Below, one piece after another: positions 20,680-35,009 of a stretch of 64,000 nucleotides of DNA. Numbering within the stretch: position 1 is the stretch's first letter; each line of letters begins with the position of its first letter. Location of the stretch: NCBI RefSeq assembly GCF_036321535.1, contig NC_087437.1, positions 52,702,001 through 52,766,000 on the forward strand, read 5' to 3'. Below the pieces are notes generated by a model that did not search any database, was not told the DNA's origin, and saw only the letters and a program-made list of their open reading frames with translations. The translations under genes were made by a program, and so were the position numbers. The DNA comes from Camelus dromedarius. Taxonomy: Eukaryota.

Positions 20680-22660
20680 TTAGAAAGAAGTTTGAGAAAT
20701 AAAGAGCAGAGAAAATAATGCCAGAAAAACAAACAAAAAAACCTTCCAGAATTAAAGACATGGATCTCCAGATTGAACTGGTATACTGAAGGCCCAGTGC
20801 AAAAGATCCAGAGCAAATCACGTTGTAAAACTTAGAACCCAGCTAAATTATAAAAGCCTCTAGGAGAAAATAGGTCATATAAAAAGGATTTGGAAAAAGA
20901 GTGGACGTGTGTTTTTCTAAAACAAAGGACTCTAGGAGGCAGTAGAGCAATGCCTTCAAAACTGAGTGGAAATGATTTCCCATCTAGAATTCTAAACCTA
21001 GTTAGACCATCAATTAAAAAGGCATGCAGGGATTCAGACATGCTTCCATTTGAGAGGAAGCCACTGTGCCAACAAAACCATGGAAGAGGAAGATGAGGTT
21101 TGGGAAATATGGAATCCAACCCAGGACACTATGAGTAGAAGATCCAGAATGCCAGCAATGTAGCCTTTCAGAAAGCAATCAGCAGAGGCTGGAACAAGAG
21201 GATAGATGGCTCTGAAAGTGAGGACTTCAAGGAACAAATGGAATGGAACTCATGTAGAGTGCATAGTAATTATTTCTGATAGAATGGCAGCATGTTGGAG
21301 CATTTGGAAAAAATTAATCACAGGTATATAGAAAACTAGGCAAATGGAAAAACAAGGAAATCATTAACTCTAGGAAAAACACATGGTCATACAAGAAAGG
21401 AACAATGGTCATAAGCTCAACAGTGAAAATATTTGTACAGTCATAATTTAAACACAGATGTATTATCCAAACTGCAAAAGAGAACTTACAAATCAGTCAG
21501 GAAAAGACAACTGTTAGGAAATAGGGAAGAATATGAATGGGCTAATTCACAGAAGAAGAAACTCAAATGGGCAATAAGCTCAACTCATGAGTAAATGGGG
21601 AAATTAACATTATTCACAAATATTAAATTGACAAAATTATAAAATTATGACATTATTGGTGAAGGTTAGGGGCATCAGAACCGCCATACATTGCTAGCAA
21701 GAGTGTACGTTGAGATAATTGTTCTGAAGAATACTTTGTCAATATCCAATAAAACCAAAGATAGAAGCCTTTAGCACTCCTTGGCAAACATTCTGCTAGA
21801 TGGCCTCTTACATCATCTTTCTTCACACCCTCCAATTGCTCTTCATCCACTCAGGTCCCAGCAGGTAACCTCACTTTCTATTTCACTGAGAAACTGGAAG
21901 CAATCAGGAGAGCAACAAATCCCCACCATATCTGCCTTCATACCTGCATCTGTGCCCACAGACTCTGCCTACTCTTCTTTTACTGTGGATGACTATACAT
22001 GATCCAGAAGAGAGAAATGATGACTGCGGAGAAAATAAACAAAGGTGCACATCCTTTGATTTAGCAATTTCTCCTATGAAGAAATTCTACAAGTGCATAA
22101 GGAAACATATGCAAGGTTCCTTGTAGCACTGGGATGGTGAAAAGTTGGAACCCAAATGTCCAGCAGCAAGAAAATGGATTAGAAAAAATAAATTGTGGTA
22201 TTGTCATAAGTTGAATATTATACATCAGGTCAAAGAGTATGCACATTGCATTTTCTCTGGAATCAGTTTATCCCTTTCTTCTGGATGAAATAAATGAAAT
22301 AGGTTACATGAATTAGTTAAAAACCAAAACATACACTGAATGAAAAGTTTTATTGTAGAAGGAAATATTTGTTATGATACCATTTCTAAGGTTTGAAAAT
22401 ATGCAAAAACAGTTCTATTGCTGATATGGATATCTTTGTGTAGTGTAAATGTATAAAAATATGCATGGAATGACAAACTTCAAATTTGAGATAATGATCT
22501 CTGGGAAAGCTTCGAGTCTGAGATAATAATTACCTCTGGGAGGGTAGAAAGGGGGATAGGAGATGGAAGGGCACATAGGGAATTTTCATTGTAACTGGTT
22601 TTTGTTTTTAAAGCTAAGTGGTAGGTATATGGATATTTGTTATCTTTTCTACCCTTCAGT
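20680..22660 (+). mobile_element. Ancient L1 (L1ME/HAL1-like) fragments with an embedded L2 piece (~21810-22000)
   Basis: ORF1-like ccagaattaaagacatggatctccagattgaa and aatgccttcaaaactgagtggaaatgatttcccatctagaattct, plus L1 3' motifs further on. Confidence 0.6.
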
Positions 22661-22899
22661 AACAAAATTTTTGTTACTCTGGCCCAGAATGATTCTCAAA
22701 CCAGATTAAGCATGGTAATCACCAGAACTTTAAAAATAGATTCCCCAAACCCACCACTAGAATTCCCAAACCAAAAATTTCAAAGCTGGGACCCAGGAAT
22801 CTACATTTTTTTTTTAAACTAAAAGGCTTTTTTGGCTTATACATATTCATACTTATATGTACATATATTTGCACATATATAGATTTATTTATAAACAAA

Positions 22900-25800
22900 T
22901 ATATATATAATGAGGACTTAAGAGAAGTTTGTAAGAATTGTACAAAGTAGTCCTCTATAGCATTTATCTAGATCCCCCAAACATTAACGTTTTACCATAT
23001 TTGTTTTATTCTTTTCTCTGTGTCTCAGAACCATTTGAAAGTAAACTGCATATGGGATGTCCCTTTGTGCCTACTTTAGTTTATATCTACTTAAAAAAAA
23101 AAAAAAAGAACAGTCTTCATATAACCCCAGTGTAATGATCAAAACTTGGAAATAAACAATACTATTCTCTACAAACCTTATTCACATTTCACCAGTTGTG
23201 TCATTATCTGTTATAGCAAGACATTTGCTGCATTTGGCTGTTTTATCTCTTTATTCTCCTTTCATCTGGACAGTTGTCAGTCGTTCTTTGTTTTTCATGA
23301 CATTGACTTTGTTGGTTAAAACAGGCTACTTATTTTATAGAGTGCCCCTCAGGGTGGGTTTTTCTGATGTTTCCTGATGATTAGTTTCACGTTATAGGTT
23401 TTCTTGCAGAAATACAGCAGAAGTGATATTGTGCATTGTATCAGGAGGCACAAGATGCTGATTTTTCCCATTACTAACTTTGGTGATACTAACTTCGCTC
23501 ATTTACTGAAGGTGGTGTGTGCCTGAGTGTCTCTGTTATAAAGTTACTAAGTATCTCTTGGGGCAATACCTTGAAACTATGTATATACTCTGTTACTCAA
23601 AATTTCAACTGCTATTTTTAGTATCTGTTGTTGACTCTTGACTAGGTTAGTTATTATTATTATGGTTGCCAAATGGTAATATTAATTTTATCATTCCTTT
23701 TATATTTATTGGCATTCTACTGTGAGGCAGAGTTTTCCTCCCTCTCCCACCACTCATATACGTTATATCAGTGTAGACTAATGCGTTCTTATTTTATTCA
23801 AAGCATTATAAACTTTTACTGTCATTAAGTATTTTGATGCTCAGACTTTCCCAAATTTGATCAGCAAGAGCCCCTTCAAGCTGGTTCATGGAAGCTTCTG
23901 ACATTGTTCTATGTTTGCACTTTCTCTGCCTCAGTCCTATAATCAGCCACTTATTCAAGGAGCCCTGGTGCTCCGTTAGCAGAGAACAGTATTTAGAAAC
24001 CAAGATTTGCATGCCAGATACTCACTGCTGCTGGAATATTGTTGATTGTAGACCCAGACAGACAAAAGAGCTAGGAAATAGATTTTGTATGTAAATACAC
24101 ACACATGCTGATCTATATTTACCTATTACTGTGTGTATTAAAAATCACAAGTTTACAGTGATACCTATGATTCCAGTGAAACACTGCAGGATTAATTTTC
24201 TCCTCCTTCCCACTCTTCATATTTGTAGCTCTCCTTCAACTGTGGAAAGACTTGGTTCCCATTATCCACAATATATATACTCATTTGATCAGTCCTAGGA
24301 TACACAGAATTGCTAACCCACATTTATGAGAAAAAAGATTTAACTAGGCTCCTAACTATTATCTAATATTAGTTTAGAGTTCTTTTGGGTTTAGCCTGAG
24401 AGTATGCAGTCCAGATACAATGTTCAAAAGTTACTTGAGTTTTATTTCCCTCTTCAGTATTGGTTATTTTATTCATTTGAAATTTGGCTGGTTTGGTTTT
24501 TTTTACATTTTAGTGTTTCCCTCCATCTTTGATTTTATTCTTCTCTTTTTGTTGTTGTTCAGTATGTAAAACATTAACATGGTTCCAAAATACAGAAGTT
24601 ATAGTCAGATGATTTCCATCCCTCCCCCTTACTTCTATTCTATCTGATCCTGAGGATAACCAATCTCTTTAGTCTCTAGTTTATCATTCCTGTGTTTCTT
24701 TTTACACAAATGAACATATACAAGTATTTTTTTTTCTTATTATTCCTTTTTCTTACAATAAAAATAGCATAACTGCAGATACTCCTTTGTACTTTGATAT
24801 CTTCACTCAACAGTATATCCTACAAATCATATTAGTTCACAGAGATCTTTCTCATTTCTTCTTTTAACAATTCTATAGTACACATGTGTCTCATATATAT
24901 GTGTGTCAGTGGTTTCCAATATTTTTTAATTTTATAAACAGTGATGTCATGGATAGCCTTTATGTGTGTATTTTTGTATTGTTGGAGGTTTATCTTCAGG
25001 GTAAATTCTTAGGAGTGGGCTTGCTAGGTCAAAAGACTATATGTGCACACACATGTGAGTTTTAAATACATATTTTGAAATTCTCTTCCAAAAAGGTTAT
25101 ACCAATTTGCAATCCCACCAGCAGTGTACAAGAGTACAATGTATACAGCCTGCCAACAAGGTGATTATATTTTTAATTTTTGCCAATCTAATTGGTGAGA
25201 AATGGTATATCAGTGTAGTTTTAATCTGTATTTCTCTAATTATGAATGCAAAGGAACTTCATATGTTTAAGGATCATCTTTATTTCCTTTTTTTGGAACA
25301 TTTTCTGATCATTTTTTTGTCCATTCTTCTTTGTGTTTTGATCTATTTTTTGCCTCAGTTTTTATTATAAGCCCTTTATCTGTGATATGTTGTAAATATT
25401 TTCTCCCAGGTTTTAATTGTCTTTTGACTTTGTTTATGGTGTTTTTTCCCATGCAAATTTTTATGCAGTCAAGTTTATCAATGTTTTCTTTCATTCCATT
25501 TGACTTTGAGTTACAATAAAAGCTTTTCTCTACACCCAGGTTAAATAGGAATTCACTCATTTTTTAAAATAGGACTTGTGTGGCTTCATTTTTTTATTTA
25601 AGTCCCTGATCCATTTGAAATTTATTCTTCTGTATGGAATGAGGTATGGATCTAATTTTACCTTTCTTTCCCCAAATAGCTAACTAGTTGTTTAGTAGTA
25701 TTTATTTTAAAAATACTTCAGCCCAGATATTTTGAGATGCCACCTTTATCACACACTAAAGTTTCATATATACTTGGTTCTATTTCTGGACTTTCTTTTC

Positions 25801-26090
25801 TACTGGTCTATCTATTCATGTGTTCATACCCCACTGTTTAATTATAAAGGCTTCAATGTATGTTTCAATGTCTGGTATGTCTAGTTCCTCTTGTAGCTGT
25901 TTTTCTTTTTTATTTTCTTTAAGGATTTTTAAAAAGTATTTTCTTGTCTGTTCTTATTTGTTTTTCCATATGAAGTTTGATACCAGCTTTTCAACCTCCA
26001 TAAAAAGTTGTTATTTTGAGATTACATTATGTTATAAATTAAGGATAACAGACATCTTTGTGATGTTGAATCATCCTATCTAAGAACAAA
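22900..26090 (-). mobile_element. Old L1 fragments (L1MC/L1ME 3' regions and ORF2 remnants)
   Basis: T-rich strand bias; gccccttcaagctgg, ttataccaatttgcaatcccaccagcagtgta and gagaaatggtatatcagtgtagttttaat are L1 hallmarks. Confidence 0.75.
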
Positions 26091-26319
26091 AGCTCACCAA
26101 TCTCATTTAATAAAAAACACTGGATTCTAACTATGCTGGAAAGAGGAAATGTGGAAGAGCTAAATGTCATTGACCTTAATGGGAAGTCAATACATAATAG
26201 ATAAAATTGGTAAGTCAAGGAATGATATAAGCAAATTAATTAGAAATACATAGATAAATGCCAAGCGAAAGTTACAAGAGTGAAAGGATACTTTGGTTTT
26301 TTTAATGAGGCTTTTAGTG

Positions 26320-26810
26320 CATTTATTAGTAAGAGTCCTAGTAGGAAACACAGGACACTCATTCAGAATAACTGAGAATCAAGGAGAAGTACTGTTTAGA
26401 GGTGTGAATGAGGTTAAAAGACATAAACAGGGCCTGGTGAAGCACGCTGCCACTAGCAGCAACAGGGAGCCATTTTCCCCATTTGCCCTAAAGAGTGATG
26501 GGTGGGACGAACACTAATGGAACTAAGAGAGCTACAGGAGAGGACTGCCCGATAGAAACCTTGGACTTGGGTTGAACACAGTCACTGCTCACTGCAGCTC
26601 AGGAGGTTGAGAGCATGACAGCAGGAATAAAAATCATTCCTATTTTTCTCCCAGTCCTCCCAGTGCCCTCTAATGGCTGAATCAAAGCAGAAGACAGAGG
26701 GCAAAGGAGCCCATTAGTGCCATTTGTAACGAGCAGCCTCCAGGACACAGTATAGAAGGGAAGGGTGAAGAGTGGCTTTGGAGGCACATGGAAGATACCC
26801 AGGTGGTACT
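26320..26810 (-). mobile_element. ERVL-type solo LTR (LTR33-like)
   Basis: cagtgccctctaatggctgaatc...cagaggggcaaaggagccc...gcctccaggacacag...gagtggctttggagg matches the reverse of an LTR33-family 5' end as recalled. Confidence 0.55.
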
Positions 26811-27249
26811 GTAATACATTTGAGTATGTGAAGGTACAGCACATAAGACAATTAAAAAAAAAAAAAAACTTAGCCAGTGAATCTACGGTCAAAGGGAACA
26901 TGAACCAAATAATTACGATAAAGGTTGAAAAGTGGTAAATACCTGAAGAGAGATCAAGCGTACCCCTAGTGAGAGACTCCTGGTAGATTCTCTAGAGGGG
27001 GACATAAACATTCAGTTCAAAACAGTCATGTCAGCAGAAACACCATGAGCCTCTTGTTTTACAATCAAATGTCCTCTCAATCAAGTGGCCTCTCAAACTC
27101 AGCCTGCAAGTAAACATCCCCTTCCTGCCCACAGGCTATAGAAGTTTAGTCTAGTTCATGGTTTCTAATTTACACTGTATTTGGCTTCCTTGATGCTCTA
27201 CCCCTTCTCTGTGTTCTCTTCCTTTCCCATTGCGCCCTACTCCTTGAGA

Positions 27250-27490
27250 CAGGAAAGCATTGTGGGAAGTGCTGTATTGAAGTCAGTAGACCTGGAATTG
27301 AATTTCTTAACTTTCACTTACTAGCTGTGCGACCTTAATAAGGTTACTTAGCCTTTCTGAGCCTCAATTCCATTTTGCAAAAAGAGAATAATACCTACCT
27401 CATGGAATTGCTGTAAGAGTTAAAGATGGTATATGTCAAGTACCTGGTATGAGGCCTGTCACTCAGTAGATGGCAGGTAAGGATGTCACT
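27250..27490 (+). mobile_element. MIR SINE, near full length
   Basis: cacttactagctgtgcgaccttaataaggttacttagcctttctgagcctcaattcc...ataatacctacctcat. Confidence 0.85.
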
Positions 27491-29989
27491 ATTCCTACTG
27501 AAGATTGGCTTTCCCTCCTCCCACTAGGTTCTTGACTTTGAGCCCTTTAGCGTCACTCCAAGGGGAGTTGCTCTTCTGGCAACTGCTTGAAACAAATGTT
27601 TCTGGACACAGTTGGAAAGGATCTTAATCATAATCTGGTCCATCTTCCCAGCAAATGCAGGAGGATCTGCCACAGGCTTCCTGACAGGTGATCACCCCAA
27701 TTCTGCCCACACAAACAGAGAGCTCATCACCTTCTGAAGTTGCCTGTTATTAGAAGATTGGTTGTTTAGAAGACAACTTTTCCTTGAATTGAGCTGAAAT
27801 CACTTTTCCTACTAGAGACTGAAAATCACATAGAGCTAAAAGAAATCTTCAAGATCTTCAAGCACACTAGCTTATTTTATGAATGAAGAATCTGAGGCTC
27901 CGGGAGGCACTGCAAGGTGCCGTTCTTTGTCGTAATGCTTTGTGGAACTACACAGAACAGTCTCCTCCCCTGCCCTTCAGTGTTACCAACTAGCATACCT
28001 CCCAGTTCTTTAGAGCTGCTCACTCAACAACCTCCCCCAACCATGAACCAAGGTCTATTCTTCACCTCTCTGATCACCTACCTTAGCATATGCAATTTTG
28101 TGATGCCCAGAACTAAATCTGATTCTTACTGTCATCTGGTCCCAGCAGAGTGAAATGAGACTATCTGAGATCCCAGGCAAAGGATGGCCATTAGACCTAG
28201 AAAGGTCAAGTACTTGAGTAAGACCAAATCAGCAAGTCATTTATAGAAATGGGGTTGGTTGAGGTTACTCAGTTCTGTTAGGCCCCCTTCACTGGACACA
28301 GAATCTGCCTGTGTGCTTCTGAAACATCTGTGCCAGCTCCAGAGAAAGATTAATATTAATATTAATATAGATTTAATTTTAACTTTTTTTTTCTACCAAG
28401 CAAACAAAAAAGAAAGGGGAAGGTAGAGATAGGGGAAAGTGTCAAAAGGAGAAAGAGACCTGTTGTCCCCAAACCAGAGTTGTTACTTAGTAATTTTGCC
28501 CAAAGTATTAGAATTATCACATGACTTTAAAATAAACCTAAGCAGAATTTCGAGAAGTCTAGCATTGTTGGCATTTTCTGGTAATGTTGATGGAAAAGGC
28601 ACAATAAAGAACTGCCTGGTACAAGGTACAGTAAAATTGGTGAGTCTTTGTTCCAGGCCAGATAAATTACCTCTGGTTCTTACAGTGTTCCTGAGAAGAG
28701 GAAGGAGGAGGCATGGCTGAAAACTGAATAATCCTCAGAAAAGTTATATGCTTTTATAAAATTGCTGTAGTCACCAACATATTTAAAAAGATGCCATTTG
28801 ACTCTAATTTGTTTTAAGATCAGTACCACATCTGGTAATTAGGTTTTGAGATTTTTTTCTTCTAAATCTTGAAAACCAGTGACCATTAATATTAGAATGG
28901 GTAGATTAAATTCTGATTTTAATGGGAGGGATCTATTTTTATATCCCAGTTACCTCTATTTTTTTTCATTTACCTATGTAATTTTTTCCCAGATTTAAAC
29001 GAATTGAATATACATCCTCCTGGATAACTATTTTTTTAAATCACCCTCCTATATGTGAACATTTTTAGCAATCACACCAGAAGTGGTCTTCAGAAGCAGC
29101 TGATCTGATTAGCTAATTACTGTTAAAAAGAACAGCTAAGTAAGTACCACGCCAAAACAAAAATTGTTGTTTTTGTCAGAAGTTTGCCATTGTTCAGATG
29201 GACAATTTTAAATAACACACATGCAGCTGCTTATAAGCAATTTTTTATGTTTGTTGCTATTTTAAAAAGAACAACTAACAGAGCTATTAGCAGCCTTCAC
29301 CAGGTCCATGAAACAAATAGCTTAATGCTGCCACACTCTCCAAGGGAATTTATCCTGGGCTCATGCTAGACTCAGAGACTGAATGTAACAGGCAGGGCAC
29401 CAGACAGCATCCTTTCACTGTGCTCCAGCTTGAAGAGGGAGATTTTGGGCAGCTTCATAAAACAGCAGTTTGGTTTTGGTTCAGTAAAGTAACTACTTTG
29501 TGGCTTACTTTGAATTATTTTTTAAAAGACCGGTTTATAAAGTCTTATTGCTGTCTTAAATATTATTTATCTTACAAGCAAAAGTTTTTTTTTCTGTGGT
29601 AAGATATCATCAAATTAATAATGGAATTCAGTGGGAAATATTCAATTTTAAAACTAGCGTTATGCCCAGCTCTATTTAAGCTTTTCATCTGCTCTGTCTT
29701 TTCTGAGAAAAGGGAAGGCAGTGAAGTAGAGGGGGTAGTTACTGTATCTACAAGGTAATGATACTATTCACTTTAACAATTATCTGACCTTCTGAATACA
29801 GCAGTAAAGAATTTTGAATTGTCCAATTCACCTACTCCTAAAAACTGCTGCCAAAAGCAAAAGTCACAAAGAATGGTGACAAAGATGCTGCTTTTGATAA
29901 GAGACCAAAGCAGGCTTTCTGAAGTAAGTTATTAACTCATATCAGAAACAAAAGAATAGCCACCATCATGTGGTAAACATAAATTTGAA

Positions 29990-30150
29990 GTGGAAAAGGC
30001 ACAGCTTTAGAAATAGAAAACCTGGGGTCTAGTCCTCACCACTTTTTCACTCTAATGTGTTTGGGGCAATTCGTTTAATCTCAGGGTCTCAATCACCTGC
30101 TGAAGGCAGAAGGCTGGATCTAATCATCTTTTAAGGGAGTCTTTCAGTAG
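29990..30150 (+). mobile_element. MIR (MIR3-like) fragment
   Basis: aaacctggggtctagtcctcacc...gggcaattcgtttaatctc. Confidence 0.5.
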
Positions 30151-31389
30151 TAAGATCTATTAGCAGAATTCTTCTTGAGAAAGTAGCTGTCTTTGTTTAA
30201 GGAAATACCATGATAAGCCCTAGGGCATAAGGGCTGGCTAGGGCTCAGGCAACCAAAAAGAACCAAAAGGCTGCACTTGCAGAAGCAGGAAATTAATTTT
30301 TCTTGGGGGTTGGGTTGGGGAGAAGGTGCTCCTTTCAGGGTGAAGGAGTGAGAAGAGGAGAGAGAAGGGCTAGGAGACTGTTGGAGTAAGGGCCCTGCCT
30401 AGGGAAAAAGCCAGGGAGAAACCGCCAGTAGGGAATGATCTAAAGGACATTTATGAACCAGAAAGCCTAAAATGCAATTTTAAGTGCTTTATGGCATAAT
30501 GGGCAACGTGACCCTGCCCCCAGACCTCCACATCTTAATGAACTTGAACATATTAATGTTCCATGTGAGTGGGGGAGTTGTTGAAAGAGGAGTAAGAAAC
30601 CATGTGGACATGCTGGGGACACAGATGGTCTCAGAAAAGCTGGACCTGGGAGGCAGAGAGGCCCTCCGAATGAATGAGCAGAAACCTTGATAGAGCTGTG
30701 GACCTTGGCTGGGTACAGTGGGGCTCAAGCCCATCTGGTCTAGAGATGACGGGTCAGCAGAACCCAGCTGACATTTGGGTTACCCTGATGATGCAGAGTC
30801 TGCAGGATGCCCTCTGAGCACCACTCCCAGCTTCATCTTCAGTGCTTTCATCCTCCACTTTTAAGGGGTCAGCTTAAGGGGTGATTTCAAAGTCTCATAG
30901 GATCACCTCTGGTGTGTCTCCAGTGTTTTGATTAAAACAGGCATTTCCCCATATTTTTCCCTTCAATGTGTTTTTTAAACCCCTCTGTATTGTTCTTATG
31001 TTGTTTTCTAGCTTGAACTCATTTTGTCATCCTGTTTCTTTTCCTCTCTTTCTTAGAAGTCAGTTGGCAGAGATTCTGGTTTATTTCCTATTCCTCTGCC
31101 ATTTGTCATTCAGATTTTTCTTTACCTGGAAATCTCTGAAGATTACTTGCAAACCTTCCTTAGGCTTGCAGTTTGCTTTCTATAAGCACTATTCTATGGG
31201 ACGTCAATTTTTAGCATATTTAATGAAAATTAGATCATCTTTCATATCCAAAAATGTTACTGCTTCTTCCAACTTCAGTTTTTAAAAGAAGTTTATATCT
31301 AAGTGTTCCACATTTGTTTTAGTCTATGACAGTTTCACATTCTCACCCTAAGTGAAAACAATCACTTTGGAGTTTAATCTAAAAGCATC

Positions 31390-31690
31390 AGCACCTTCTA
31401 AAGATTATGCTAGTGTGAGAATAAATTGGTATAACCTTTCTGTCAAGTAATTTGGTAGTGTAGTACTTGTCAAGAACCTCCGGAATGTTTATACCCTTTA
31501 TTTCAAAGATCACGCTTCTAGGGATCTTTCCACTGCAAATAATCAGAAATGTGGTCAAAGATGTGTGCATGTTTATTGCAACATTATTTATTTGAGATAG
31601 TGAAAAATCGAAAACAACCTGAATGCCCAGCAAAAGGAAAATAAATTGTGATATCCATATGATAAAAATTCTGCAGCAATTAAAAATTAT
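31390..31690 (+). mobile_element. L1ME 3' fragment
   Basis: gtaaattggtataacctttctg-like motif; atgtttattgcaacattattta...aacaacctgaatgccc. Confidence 0.7.
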
Positions 31691-32377
31691 GCTTTTCCTT
31701 GAACTGGCCGTCAGTTTAAAACATTTGTATCATCATTCTGAGTGTCCATGACTTCCAGGATGGAAAGCTAGAGTGGTTTGGGTTCCATTGGGAATTTAAC
31801 TCCCTCCAGTGACTGTGAAAATCAGCCCATCCTGATGGGGAAGGTTCTTACCCCAGAAGCCTAGCTCCAGGAATTAAGTCTTTGGATGCCTGGGGGCCTT
31901 CAGAATCCATATTTTTACCAAGGTTTCCATGTGATTCTGACATGAGTATGGCCTGAGACACAACTTCCTGCACCGCCACCAGGGACTGAACCCTGACAAG
32001 AATTGAGGAGGGGAGCAGAAAAAAACTGTTCTTTCAAAATAATTTCTACAATCTGGCAAAATGCTAATTTGAAGTTAGATTTTTTAAAAAAATTGTATTA
32101 CTCTAAATTTGTAGGGGAAATTAATATATGCTTGGGGAAAATAAACACACCAAAATATTGACAGGATTTAAATCTGGGCGATGGAATTCTGGATGATTTA
32201 TGGGGAACCATCATTCAGAGAGGTAAGATAATTTTCTCTGGTTCTCATAGCCAGCAAAGTGCTAGAGTAAAGATTCAAACCCAAATCTACTTGACTATAA
32301 AGTCTGCTCTAATAACTGCTGACTGTTAATTAAATTGAAAAACCATGTATAAAAGAAATAGAAATATAGTACCCTAA

Positions 32378-32745
32378 ATGTGGCAGATTGAATTATTGGT
32401 CCCAATTATCCACTGCCCTGTAGTATTTTACATTCACACCCTTGCTGTGGCCTTATGATGGATGGAATGTATCCCATACACCTCAGTTTGGGGCTTAGAC
32501 ATGTGATGTTGCTCAACCAATGGGTTGAGGGTAAAAATAATGAAAGAGACGGCTTAAAATGGGCTACTACAGTTGGGCCTGGTCCAAGGGGAATGAGAAA
32601 TAGTGGAGCAAACACAGTCCCAACCTGCTGCTTAAAGCTTAAATTTCAGCCAATCTAAAGATACATAGTGAAAAATAAATGACTATGGTTTTAGGTCGTT
32701 GGGTGTGGATTGTTATATCTTACATAGAATTATTATGGCTGATAT
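32378..32745 (+). mobile_element. MaLR LTR (MLT1I/J-like)
   Basis: Starts tgtggcagattgaattattggtcccaa; ttggggcttagacatgtga; ends aaataaatgactatggttttagg...ttgttat. Confidence 0.7.
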
Positions 32746-33859
32746 GAAGCATAAAGATGTTTGTATTAAATATCAAAACTGAATCTCTTCTTATGAATGG
32801 AAGTCCAAATTTAGTTATGCAAATGTTGTATGGTCTACAGGTTCTCACCATCTGGCCTTTTATTTAATGCATGCTGCCTCATTACATGATAATGAGAGCT
32901 AGTCTTCAGTGAGGAGGGAGAAATTCACATAAAATGCATGGAATTCTCAGAAAGAAAGGAACACAAATCCAAAATCTTTCAAGTCCTGGGTTGGGAAAAA
33001 CAGTTGAAGTGGGCAGGCCAGAGCAGGGATGAACAAGTAGGAAAAGAAAAGAAATAGACTGGTCTCCAGAGTTCAAAAGAAAGTTCTTTTCTTTTGGGAC
33101 ATGGAAATACATTCTGCCCATCATGAGGCCACAGAAAGGGTATGGATGTAAAGCATAGAAGGTTCTACACTCAACAACCTTTGAGGTTGGAGCTGGAAGA
33201 CTCTGGTACCAAATCACTGTGGGCACCTAGGGTGAGCTTTGTAGAACTATGACTCAGTCTGTGAACTGCACTGTTGGAGTCTAACCACTGATCCCACATT
33301 TATACCCGATTTTTTAAAATAAAAATAAGATCATACTTCTTTCAATCAACTGTATTTTGCAGTTTTTCATGAACTATTTTCCAAATCACTTAATATTCTT
33401 CTATAATTTAGTTTTTAATAGGTATAGAATATTATTTTTATGGCCCAGCATCCTAGGGCATCTGCTTATTTAGGATGAGAATTCAGATAGAAACATCTTC
33501 TCCCATGCTCTGTCTGCCACAATTTTAATAAATTAACATTCTTTTTTTTAATATTAATCTATATACAAAGCAAATATATGCTAAATGAAACTTCCAGAAA
33601 GTAAATTAATTATAGGAGATTAAAGTCAAAGAAAATAAAACAGATAAAAGAAACTTATTTCAACCAAAGCAATGAAATGAGAAATAAACAAATTTAAATG
33701 AGATTCTCTATGTAGTCATTAATTAATAAGAAATATTTATGAGGAAGAAAACTATGAAACATGAAAATTGTATACCTTTTTTCATAAGTCCCAGTCCTGA
33801 AATTGCCCTAAGCATTTGATTCAAAACCGTAAGTGTTTAAGAATAGACCATAAGTGTTT

Positions 33860-34990
33860 TGCTGAGTAGCTCCTAGCAGACTCAGTCTTCCCACAGATTA
33901 CTATAAACTGGACAAAATACAAAAGCACAAAACCTGAAGATGTTGTAGAGTAATCAAAAGCACAAAGATTTTGGAGAGGAATCAACACTCAGGAAAAAAA
34001 GGAAAATCAGGATAAGTTATCCATTTTCAAAGTTTTTTCCTGAAGAGAAGCCACAGCATAGGGTAACTAAAACAGAGAGAACATTTACTGTCTTTCTGGT
34101 CTAAAGCACCACAGGATAAAGTTCAGGAAAACCTTAGGTGCAGGAGAGCAGAGAGTGGAATCTCAGGAAGGAGAATGTCACAGAGGGAGTGCTCTTAATT
34201 CTGTGTATACACTCTTCAAATATCTGGTTGACCTCTAAACCACATGCATATGCATTGGACAGACTTGAGCTAAGAATAAAAGAATTAAATTGACATTTGA
34301 GCTACCATCCAAGAGACAGAGTTTAAGGTTTAAGTCCAATGAAATTAGTTGCTGGTTAAAACACACACACACTCACTCTCTTTAGAGAAATATATCAAAA
34401 TCCAGAATCTACAGCATAGCATTTACAAGGTCCAGGACATAGTTTGAAGACCTGTTCTCTAGGGAAAAGACAGTCAACAAAGATAAATGATGAGAAGATT
34501 CAGATGTTGAAATAAGTGTATAAGGCTTTAAAAGCTATTGTAATCATGTTCAAAGAAGTAAAGAAAAATTTGCTCACAATCAGTAAAAAGATAAGGACTA
34601 TAAAAAAGAGCTAAATGGAAATTCTAGAACTGAGACATACATTGTCTGAAATGAGAAATTCACTGGGTGGATTTGACAGTAAATTTTGGATGACAGAGGA
34701 ACAACCCAGTGAGCTTGAAATTATCCAATTGAAGAACAAAGAAGAACTATTGAAGAATAAATAATTAAGAGTTCCAAGAAAAAGAAAAGAGCTCCAAGGA
34801 CTTATGGTACAATATAAAAATACCAATGTATGTGTTACCAGAGGAAAGAATGAGTAAACAAAGTTATTTTTGGAAATAATAGCTAAAAATTTCCTACATT
34901 TGTTAAAAGATACATTTACAGATTGAACAAAGTTAGGAACGGTAAATATAAAGAAAACCATGCTTAGAAACATCACAGTCAAACTGCTAA
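33860..34990 (+). mobile_element. Old L1 5' region/ORF1 remnant
   Basis: aaatggaaattctagaactgag...aaatgagaaattcactgggtgg; aaacatcacagtcaaactgctaaaa (ORF1). Confidence 0.7.
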
Positions 34991-35009
34991 AATATATACA
35001 ATCTGCAAA

